A stretch of 63,115 nucleotides of DNA, counting the filler, from Octopus bimaculoides (taxonomy: Eukaryota): assembly GCF_001194135.2 (NCBI RefSeq). It is 3 parts of 3 records of this genome, joined end to end, with 100 filler letters (N's around TTAATTAATTAA, not from the genome) between each part and the next. Parts side by side here need not be neighbours in the genome. Positions count along the whole stretch, not along the records: positions 31,264 to 56,160 come from NC_068985.1; 2 more parts are not named here. One strand, given 5' to 3'. The position numbers and the translations under genes were made by a program. Position 1 is the first letter of the stretch. Each line of letters begins with the position of its first letter. The notes beneath the pieces were generated by a model that did no database searches, was not told the DNA's origin, and was given only the letters and a program-made list of their open reading frames with translations. Shown piece by piece: positions 38,688 through 49,398 of this stretch.

Positions 38688-39209
38688 GTATGTGTGTGCT
38701 TGTGTGTGTCTGTGTGTGTGNNNNNNNNNNNNNNNNNNNNNNNNNNNNNNNNNNNNNNNNNNNNNNNNNNNNNNNNNNNNNNNNNNNNNNNNNNNNNNNN
38801 NNNNNNNNNNNNNNNNNNNNNNNNNNNNNNNNNNNNNNNNNNNNNNNNNNNNNNNNNNNNNNNNNNNNNNNNNNNNNNNNNNNNNNNNNNNNNNNNNNNN
38901 NNNNNNNNNNNNNNNNNNNNNNNNNNNNNNNNNNNNNNNNNNNNNNNNNNNNNNNNNNNNNNNNNNNNNNNNNNNNNNNNNNNNNNNNNNNNNNNNNNNN
39001 NNNNNNNNNNNNNNNNNNNNNNNNNNNNNNNNNNNNNNNNNNNNNNNNNNNNNNNNNNNNNNNNNNNNNNNNNNNNNNNNNNNNNNNNNNNNNNNNNNNN
39101 NNNNNNNNNNNNNNNNNNNNNNNNNNNNNNNNNNNNNNNNNNNNNNNNNNNNNNNNNNNNNNNNNNNNNNNNNNGATGATGACGATGATGACGATGATGA
39201 TGATGCTGA

Positions 39210-39299
<90 letters not shown>

Positions 39300-39942
39300 T
39301 GATGTTGATAATTATGATGATGGTGAAACAATTTTAGAAATTATAATGATGAGCATGTATAGCATAAAGAAGGATACTAATTATGAAGATGAGAGTCACT
39401 TCCGTCGATTTAGCTGTTTAAGTGTTTGAAGGGGAATTTGAATAGGGAAAAAAGAGATGAAATGAAAGAAGGATCAGATTTTGAAATAAAAGGAGAATAT
39501 TTGCGATAGATGTTTAAATGTAATGTTTGTCCAGATATGGAATATTTGATATGAATTCAAAATGGGGACACTGGTGATATTGACGTTATTAGAGCGTGGG
39601 CAGATGTGTCTTCTGATAGCAGGATGTAATTCTTTAAAAAATTCTGATTCATCAACTCAAATTGTTTCGAAGCATTATGTCACATTTTGCACTGTGGAGA
39701 TCGATCGATCCCCTATCTTTCCCAAGAAGTAATTAAGTTCTAAATAATAATAATAATAATAATAAAAATAATAATAATAGTAATAATAATGATAACAACA
39801 ACAACAACCATAACAATAATAATGAAAATAATACTAATAATAATAATGGTGATGATGTTGATGTTGACATTGATGATGATGATGATGATGATGGTGATGA
39901 TGATATTGATGATGATGATCATCATCATCATATGGCTGTAGG

Positions 39943-40245
39943 AAGCAACTTCTGGTAAACAGAGCAATTATAGAGGACCGTAAGAGGATTTGGATAAACC
40001 TGGACATTAAGTGGATTGATGAGAAGAAAGCATTTGAGAATGTTCCATACTTATGGATACTGGAATATCTTCACACAAATAGGGAAGTCCCTCCACTCCT
40101 AAAATATTTTAAACATGCAATGGTAAACTGGAAAACTAGTATAACATTAAAAAATGTCTCACAAGATATTAAAACCTACCCTATTCCCATAAAGAGAGGA
40201 ATTTTCCAAGGCGACTCTCTGCCACTCCTGCTTTCCTGCCTTTCG
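39943..40245 (+). mobile_element. R4-like RT fragment (divergent subfamily)
   Basis: Uninterrupted frame KQLLVNRAIIEDRKRIWINLDIKWIDEKKAFENVPYLWILEYL..IPIKRGIFQGDSLPLLLSCL. Preceded by ATT/ATG/ATC repeats. Confidence 0.85.
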
Positions 40246-41056
40246 GAGAAATTCGGAATGTAAGGAACACAGAATGTGACAAGCAGACTAGGCTCACAAT
40301 CTTTTCTGCGACACTTGCCAAAGCATGACAATCATTCTTTCAATAGCTACATCAGTGCACACACATACATATTTACTTAATGCTCACAAGTCTTGGACAT
40401 GATACCAGAAAAATGTCATATTCCGCTCAGAATGCAAGACTTTATCTGGCTGAAGAATGAATATAAGTGGTGTAGCAAGAAAAACGCTGAGAATGGAGAA
40501 AAAATCTGACTGAGAGTCGCAACATCTGCCTCTAAAAGGCTACTGATGTTCTAAATGATCGTTTTGTCAGTTGCATGGATGAGTAGCACCGGACAACTCT
40601 AGTGTAACGGTGAACGTGGTCAAATGAACTACAGACCTGACGAGGCATCGAATCCAAAATTCGGAAACGAATCGCAGCAGCTCATTCAGTTCAATAGTGT
40701 CTACCCTATCTGCGATCCCTCTGTAACACCCTCTTTTAAATATAAAGATAAACCATTCAAGGTTCTATGAATGGCTTCAAAATGAATGCATACAAAAATA
40801 ACAAGACATATCATATTATGGGCAAGAGAACCGTTTCCAGTAGAAGATGTACGATATTTTTAGGAATATTAAATATATATTAGCAATTATTCTGCAGTTG
40901 AATAATCGAATCGTTTTCGGGAATTATACTCTACATTTTCAGTCAGCAATATCTATTTTATATGGAAACACACAATGCAATATAGATCTTCACTATATAT
41001 TAACTAACTGATCACATTGAAGTGATTGGAGAAGGAAAATTAGTCTCTGCATTTTA

Positions 41057-41104
<48 letters not shown>

Positions 41105-41533
41105 TGTGTGTATCTGTCTGTCTGTCTGTCTGCTTCAGTCACTCTCTCTCTCTCTCTTTTTCTCTCTCTCCCTGTTTCTTTCTGTTGATATATATACATG
41201 TATATATATATNNNNNNNNNNNNNNNNNNNNNNNNNNNNNNNNNNNNNNNNNNNNNNNNNNNNNNNNNNNNNNNNNNNNNNNNNNNNNNNNNNNNNNNNN
41301 NNNNNNNNNNNNNNNNNNNNNNNNNNNNNNNNNNNNNNNNNNNNNNNNNNNNNNNNNNNNNNNNNNNNNNNNNNNNNNNNNNNNNNNNNNNNNNNNNNNN
41401 NNNNNNNNNNNNNNNNNNNNNNNNNNNNNNNNNNNNNNNNNNNNNNNNNNNNNNNNNNNNNNNNNNNNNNNNNNNNNNNNNNNNNNNNNNNNNNNNNNNN
41501 NNNNNNNNNNNNNNNNNNNNNNNNNNNNNNNNN

Positions 41534-41569
<36 letters not shown>

Positions 41570-42039
41570 TAGAAACATCCTGCGGTTTATTTTAGACCAT
41601 ATTTGTTTTACGCATGTTCATATTTATATATTCACTTTGTTTCGTTCTCAATGTTTTGTTTGCGAAAATAAAATAATGCACTTAAACAACCGAAATGCTG
41701 AAAATTATTAGAAAGAATACAGAAAGAAAGAAACAAAGCGCTTCTGCATGAATATTTGAATAAACTTATTTCTTTTTTCACTTCTTTAGATATTAACTAA
41801 TCTGTATATGAGCCTCTTGCTATTAATTCTATATCTGTGAAATTAAACTTGATGTTTGTACTCTGAAATCCCTCTTAGATATTTATTCGAGATACTTCCT
41901 TAACTTTATAAAACCAGAAAACGATATACGTTGCGCCACCTTTCCGAAATATAACTAGAAATCATGTTAATTACAAACAAATTTAAAAACAAAATGAATA
42001 AGTATAAACAGTTTAGTTTGCTGCTCTAAGCGCTAGATT

Positions 42040-42115
42040 TGCTGTGTAGTTAAGAAATTCGCTTTGCAACCACATGGTTTCGGTTTCAGTCTATCTGTGC
42101 GGCACTTCCAGGTTA
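42040..42115 (+). mobile_element. SINE head fragment
   Basis: GCTGTGTAGTTAAGAAATTCGCTTTGCAACCACATGGTTTCGGTTTCAGTC resembles the 22270 and 28172 heads. Confidence 0.65.
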
Positions 42116-43169
42116 GTTTCTTTTGTGTTTTTCTAATATAGCTTGAGAACTGGCATTATATTTTTTCAAGTTTGTGTATACATTGGTTTGAAACTTAATA
42201 TAAGGAATGTCTTATTACTCACGTAAATCCATAAGTACATACGTGCATACTTACATACATGCATATATACATACATACATACATACATACATGCATATAT
42301 ACATACATACATACATACATACATATCATGAACTAACTGTTNNNNNNNNNNNNNNNNNNNNNNNNNNNNNNNNNNNNNNNNNNNNNNNNNNNNNNNNNNN
42401 NNNNNNNNNNNNNNNNNNNNNNNNNNNNNNNNNNNNNNNNNNNNNNNNNNNNNNNNNNNNNNNNNNNNNNNNNNNNNNNNNNNNNNNNNNNNNNNNNNNN
42501 NNNNNNNNNNNNNNNNNNNNNNNNNNNNNNNNNNNNNNNNNNNNNNNNNNNNNNNNNNNNNNNNNNNNNNNNNNNNNNNNNNNNNNNNNNNNNNNNNNNN
42601 NNNNNNNNNNNNNNNNNNNNNNNNNNNNNNNNNNNNNNNNNNNNNNNNNNNNNNNNNNNNNNNNNNNNNNNNNNNNNNNNNNNNNNNNNNNNNNNNNNNN
42701 NNNNNNNNNNNNNNNNNNNNNNNNNNNNNNNNNNNNNNNNNNNNNNNNNNNNNNNNNNNNNNNNNNNNNNNNNNNNNNNNNNNNNNNNNNNNNNNNNNNN
42801 NNNNNNNNNNNNNNNNNNNNNNNNNNNNNNNNNNNNNNNNNNNNNNNNNNNNNNNNNNNNNNNNNNNNNNNNNNNNNNNNNNNNNNNNNNNNNNNNNNNN
42901 NNNNNNNNNNNNNNNNNNNNNNNNNNNNNNNNNNNNNNNNNNNNNNNNNNNNNNNNNNNNNNNNNNNNNNNNNNNNNNNNNNNNNNNNNNNNNNNNNNNN
43001 NNNNNNNNNNNNNNNNNNNNNNNNNNNNNNNNNNNNNNNNNNNNNNNNNNNNNNNNNNNNGAAAGAGAAAGAGATAGAGTAGCGTCGGAGGATATGAGTT
43101 TACGAAAACTACTTACAGTTGGAAGACGCTGCGTTCAATCATGTGAAAACAAATAGTAAATGAGTATAT

Positions 43170-43400
43170 GCATGTATACGTACAGGTATGTGCATACCGA
43201 CATCCACCTGTATGTATAGGTGCATATCTGGGTACAGGACATTGCAAACAAACGTAGACGAGAACACACGAGCCACATAGAGAACATTCTACTTCATCAG
43301 CTACCCACGTGTTAACACCGGCGTTTCGACGAGCTTCGGGCAGGACGCATCGTTAAAACGACTCGTCTCATGGATCGCAGATTAAATTTGTATACGAAAA
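43170..43400 (-). repeat. Family A repeat (copy 3)
   Basis: CATATCTGGGTACAGGACATTGCAAACAAA..CTTCATCAG (43292-43300)..CGTTTCG (43322-43328). Confidence 0.65.
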
Positions 43401-44401
43401 TTAAATCTAGCCATGGAGGAATACGTGGCGGACAAAAAACAAGACAGGAAAACAAACAGAAAAGTCTTTATAGTAGTAGTAGTAACTGAAAAGGAGGAAT
43501 TTCGATTATACCCGCGTGGTGAGTTGTAATATATATAAGAAATTAAAAAAGGAAAATACACAGACTTTACCTCGTTTTAATATAATTTTTAATATATCGA
43601 CATATCAATAAACCCCTTGATTTCTTCCTACATCCTTTTTGTTCCTCTGTCAATAGACCTTACATTTTCCGTGAAATTCTAAACTTCATCTGCTTTAGCT
43701 GCAATTAATACATCCCAGTTTAATGGTAAGGAAATAATAGGTCTATAATTGCTCGGTCCCCTATCTATTACTCCTCCTCCTCCTCCTCCTCCTTTCTTCT
43801 TCTCGACCACGTCGTCTTCATATCTATCAGCCCTATCACCATCATCACTAGCGCTAAATAAGATGTTCTAAACGTGTAAATTTTAGACAATAAGTAAAGG
43901 AACGTTTTTGAAGAATTCACGTGTTACGATGATTACCTCTTTTTCACATGGTTCCAAATATAATTGATTTATTTTGGAATCAGTCACATATTCTTCGAAG
44001 ACCAGAATCTGAGAAATGCTCTCAATTATTTGGGCCTTTTATATTTTCAGAGAACATTTCCAGTCCCAGATTCAATGTTCCTCAAACACACGCACAAACA
44101 CACACCCACGCCCACACACATGTTCATAAAAGACTCCTGAATAGTGCAATATAAACATACTCACGATATACTTTAAACGCGTGTCTCTTTCATGAGTGCA
44201 ATGTTTTCATTTAAGCATAATTTTTGTTTTTTTCAGTTTGTGTTGTTTATGTTGTTAAGTTACACCTACAGATGTATCATTTTCCTCCTATTCATTCTTC
44301 TCAAACAATATTTGTGACTGAGAGCCGTTAGTACCTAACAGCCTACAGATCAATTTGTAGGTATATATTCGTTCAACCTTCTCAACTGGGAAAGCAAATA
44401 T

Positions 44402-44544
44402 CTTACATTATTTACATTTGACGGATATCTGTCCTCATCTTGTTTGTTTTTAACACAACGTTTCGGCTGATATAGCTTCCAGCTTTCATCAAGTGTCTTG
44501 GCGAAATTTCGAACCTGGGTTCTCATTCCTAGGGTATTTTTCGA

Positions 44545-44619
<75 letters not shown>

Positions 44620-44686
44620 CGTATCTGCCTGGAATCGAAGTCGGAACCTTGGGGTTAGTAGCCGCGCTCTTAACATCTACGCCATA
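44402..44686 (-). mobile_element. Composite short element: tRNA-like Pol III head, (AAT)24, hammerhead-ribozyme-like module, AT-rich end
   Basis: Minus strand: TATGGCGTAGATGTTAAGAGCGCGGCTACTAACCCCAAGGTTCCGACTTCGATTCCAGGC with an A-box-like start (44684-44674) and a B-box-like CTTCGATTCC (44640-44631). Then AAT repeats (44617-44546), a linker, and the HHR core (44497-44452). Confidence 0.7.
44452..44497 (-). ncRNA. Degenerate minimal type I hammerhead ribozyme
   Basis: GACAC-UUGAUGA-A-AGCUG-GAAGCUAUAU-CAGCC-GAAACGUU-GUGUU. Helix I GACAC/GUGUU (5 bp), helix II GCUG/CAGC, loop-less palindromic helix III AACGUU. Departures from the canonical core: C3 to U, a 10.1 A:C mismatch, and an extra A after A9. 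Confidence 0.65.
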
Positions 44687-45119
44687 TAGTTAGTTTATAA
44701 CGAATCAGTGCAAGTGTATTTAATATCACAAAGAACACTCGCCTAAAATCAGTCTAAATTTTCCTCATTAGGATTCTTTACGTAGAAGTAATATCATTGT
44801 CATTTATAGTAATACTGCTTTAACTACTGCCAATGTTGTTGCTGCTGGTGCTGTCCTTCCCCCNNNNNNNNNNNNNNNNNNNNNNNNNNNNNNNNNNNNN
44901 NNNNNNNNNNNNNNNNNNNNNNNNNNNNNNNNNNNNNNNNNNNNNNNNNNNNNNNNNNNNNNNNNNNNNNNNNNNNNNNNNNNNNNNNNNNNNNNNNNNN
45001 NNNNNNNNNNNNNNNNNNNNNNNNNNNNNNNNNNNNNNNNNNNNNNNNNNNNNNNNNNNNNNNNNNNNNNNNNNNNNNNNNNNNNNNNNNNNNNNNNNNN
45101 NNNNNNNNNNNNNNNNNNN

Positions 45120-45187
<68 letters not shown>

Positions 45188-45740
45188 AAAATGATATAGC
45201 TGTTTCTCATGCTGTTGCCATATTCTCTACAAGAAGTGAATTATCTGATGCAAAAATATATAGAGAATACACGGATTATGGAAATGAGGCATATTATACT
45301 AAGAAATCGTTCCTCTGCATTTCACCATTCTACCATTCTAATTTAATGACGTATTTCTATGCATCCTGTACTGTCAGTGACAATTAATTGCTATTTATTC
45401 ATAGCACACATCGCGTTAGCAATAACGTAGGCAAAAATATATTAAATGAGTCCCGTTTGCTTTTTTTTCCCCGAAAAGCACAATTTTGCACCGAATAATT
45501 AAAATTTTGATTTTAATAGTGCAAATAAACTTTGGAAGTATGTCACAGTAAACATTAAAATTTTACATGTTATTGTTTTTTTCTGTCCGAAATTTCAAAC
45601 GAATTATCGTTGAAATTGAATTCTTTAAATGCTATGTTAGTTTCAGCTATTAATGATACTGGTTGCCTTCTGTTTGTTTAGACTGTTATTCCCACTGAAA
45701 ACAAAACGGTGAAAACATTGACAAATGATTACTCATTCTA

Positions 45741-45776
<36 letters not shown>

Positions 45777-46334
45777 NNNNNNNNNNNNNNNNNNNNNNNN
45801 NNNNNNNNNNNNNNNNNNNNNNNNNNNNNNNNNNNNNNNNNNNNNNNNNNNNNNNNNNNNNNNNNNNNNNNNNNNNNNNNNNNNNNNNNNNNNNNNNNNN
45901 NNNNNNNNNNNNNNNNNNNNNNNNNNNNNNNNNNNNNNNNNNNNNNNNNNNNNNNNNNNNNNNNNNNNNNNNNNNNNNNNNNNNNNNNNNNNNNNNNNNN
46001 NNNNNNNNNNNNNNNNNNNNNNNNNNNNNNNNNNNNNNNNNNNNNNNNNNNNNNNNNNNNNNNNNNNNNNNNNNNNNNNNNNNNNNNNNNNNNNNNNNNN
46101 NNNNNNNNNNNNNNNNNNNNNNNNNNNNNNNNNNNNNNNNNNNNNNNNNNNNNNNNNNNNNNNNNNNNNNNNNNNNNNNNNNNNNNNNNNNNNNNNNNNN
46201 NNNNNNNNTATATATATGTGCATATATATGTGCATATATACACACAGACATATACATATATGCAAGTGTTTGTGTATACATATATGTGTATGAATATATA
46301 AATATATGTATGTGTGTATGCATATAAGTATATG

Positions 46335-46384
<50 letters not shown>

Positions 46385-47349
46385 CATATATATGTCTGTA
46401 TGTATTCACATCCAAATATACATACAAACATAATTAATTAAATAAACAAATAAATCCATAAACATAAATATTTGCAAATCATCTTTTTCATGTTCAAGTT
46501 AATTCTAGCATTATTACAAGTTAATGATCTTTGTGTTGTATTTGTTTACGTAAAATTTCTCTTCTCTTTTCATAAATATGTTCATTGTGTATGTTGTTTC
46601 CATTGTGATCACCAACCCCATTATATCTATTATTAATTATGAAAAAAAAAGTGTGTTTTATGACAACTCCGTGATAAACACAGTGCGACGCATGAATAAG
46701 AGACTGAAATAACTAAGCAAAACAGTTTTGATATAAATTAAAAAGTGTAATAGTATTGAAAATATATGATCAGTGAATGTTTTTTTTTTTATGTCTGTAC
46801 TGGTGGGTGTATTTGAATTTCAGTTATAACAATATGTGATTGCTTCAGATAGGCATATCGTTAATGTTGTTTGTAATTGATGTGGCCAGCATCTAAATCT
46901 CTCTCATTTCAAAATATAATCCAACATTTTTCAACCCCGAGCAGTATATATGCACCTTATCCCAAAGTGTGTCACCACAATATCATTTCCGGTTCTACTC
47001 CATTTGAATTGAATGAAATTTAGCGAACATTAGCATGCCGGGATCTCCTCCGTGTAATTGGGTGTCCTGTTCCCAAATTTATAATCGTTATTAAATTTGT
47101 GGCCTATGTGCTAAGTGCATTTAGAAGACCAGAAAATGATACCCAGATCATCTAATACTTGTGTAATAATTCTTAACTGAACGGTTATATGTACACACTA
47201 ATATAATCACGAGAAAATTGGTAACATATTTTAGACGGACTTAGCATTGTTTCTAGTGACAAAGGGTTTATTGCAAACCCTTATGGTTTTATTACTTATT
47301 TGCTTATTCCGGCTTTATATACTTATGAATATCGAATGTGTTTGTGTCT

Positions 47350-47472
47350 GTGTTTATCCCCTATCCCTGCTTGGCAACTTGCATTGGTGTGTACACGTCC
47401 CGTAACTTAGCGGTTCAACAAAACAAACGATAACATAAGTACCTGGTTTAAAAATTAAAAAAAAAAAGTACT
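47350..47472 (+). mobile_element. SINE internal fragment
   Basis: GGTGTGTACACGTCCCGTAACTTAGCGGTTC..ATAAGTACC..AAAAAAAGTACT is the reverse complement of the segment at about 27905-27995. Runs into an N gap. Confidence 0.65.
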
Positions 47473-49358
47473 NNNNNNNNNNNNNNNNNNNNNNNNNNNN
47501 NNNNNNNNNNNNNNNNNNNNNNNNNNNNNNNNNNNNNNNNNNNNNNNNNNNNNNNNNNNNNNNNNNNNNNNNNNNNNNNNNNNNNNNNNNNNNNNNNNNN
47601 NNNNNNNNNNNNNNNNNNNNNNNNNNNNNNNNNNNNNNNNNNNNNNNNNNNNNNNNNNNNNNNNNNNNNNNNNNNNNNNNNNNNNNNNNNNNNNNNNNNN
47701 NNNNNNNNNNNNNNNNNNNNNNNNNNNNNNNNNNNNNNNNNNNNNNNNNNNNNNNNNNNNNNNNNNNNNNNNNNNNNNNNNNNNNNNNNNNNNNNNNNNN
47801 NNNNNNNNNNNNNNNNNNNNNNNNNNNNNNNNNNNNNNNNNNNNNNNNNNNNNNNNNNNNNNNNNNNNNNNNNNNNNNNNNNNNNNNNNNNNNNNNNNNN
47901 NNNNNNNNNNNNNNNNNNNNNNNNNNNNNNNNNNNNNNNNNNNNNNNNNNNNNNNNNNNNNNNNNNNNNNNNNNNNNNNNNNNNNNNNNNNNNNNNNNNN
48001 NNNNNNNNNNNNNNNNNNNNNNNNNNNNNNNNNNNNNNNNNNNNNNNNNNNNNNNNNNNNNNNNNNNNNNNNNNNNNNNNNNNNNNNNNNNNNNNNNNNN
48101 NNNNNNNNNNNNNNNNNNNNNNNNNNNNNNNNNNNNNNNNNNNNNNNNNNNNNNNNNNNNNNNNNNNNNNNNNNNNNNNNNNNNNNNNNNNNNNNNNNNN
48201 NNNNNNNNNNNNNNNNNNNNNNNNNNNNTTTTCACAGGTTATAAAGTAAGAACATTAGGTAAAAGCACTTGGGAATAGTTTTCATATTGGAGGAGAGGAC
48301 AATAACCTAGGCTGTAAAATACTTTTGCCACTTGGTGAAACAAAGTAAATTAGGTTTACTAAAATGTGAAGAACGAAATACGATATTTGCTATTGTTTTT
48401 ACTTAACCTCATCATCATAATATAACTAACACGAAATTTATTTTGTTCGAAATTGAAATGCTGTAATACATAGTATCAGCTAAACCAATCCAATACGGAG
48501 GGTACAAGAGGTAAAATATATTAACGTATTATGAGTAAAATACGTTACACAGCAAATGCTATTGTTATAAAAACACCAACAAAGCAAACATAATACATAA
48601 ATATATCCCTGTCAAGAACAAAAAAAACAAAAACAAAAAGAAACATCATCACACTCACCATTACTATCATAATCCACACAAATGTCATCTTTATTTACAA
48701 GTTATATACATCGTGATGATGTTAATATGAGTATCATTAATAACTTCAAAGTAACCAGCAAAAAGTTTGTTATAATCAGAGTGAATGATATAAGTAAAAT
48801 GCAAATACTGATAATAACGTTGTATCGCATGCTGTTCAGGTTTCTTATCAAATCAGGTGCCGCTGATATTACTAATGATAAATAGTGTTTGCGATAATAA
48901 CAGTTACAAAAGTTGGGTAGATAACTTCTTTAACAGGGATAAAGTTCCTGTTACAATTGGTAGAGACAGGTTTGGGTAAATCGGATTCGCGCGGATGGTG
49001 ATGTAAAGAATCGTGGTGAGGAAATTAACTGATGGAGTTAAGTTGAATAACCGTCGTCGTCATTGTCATCATCATCGTCGTCGTCGTCGTCATCATCAGC
49101 ATTTTCTTCTTCTTCTTCTTCTTCTTCTTCTTCTTCTTCTTCTTCTTCTTCTTCTTCTTCTTTTTCTTCTTCTTCTTCTCCTCCTTCTCCCTCTTCTTCT
49201 TCTTCTTCCCCTTCTTCTTCTAATACTACTGCTTGCATTTTTATAATTCTATTACAAATACGACTGCTAGTACTGCTATTACAATTACAACTACTGCTGT
49301 TTCTACAACTGCTACCACCACCACCACCACCGTATGTGTGGGTTTGTGTGTGTGTGTG

Positions 49359-49398
<40 letters not shown>

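Noticed and set aside
39174-39429. Acidic poly-D / poly-H ORFs (also poly-E at 49038-49238 and poly-R at 33889-34137)
   Set aside because: These are pure GAT/GAC/GCT/AAG repeat tracts with no splice or codon support.
40264-40700. Possible LINE remnant after the RT fragment
   Set aside because: No diagnostic motif could be read in any frame.
44618-44686. Genuine tRNA gene (also considered for 4860-4934, 59665-59748 and 60895-60970)
   Set aside because: A/B-box-like motifs are present, but I could not draw a full cloverleaf with an acceptor stem, and each is followed by SINE body or repeat sequence.
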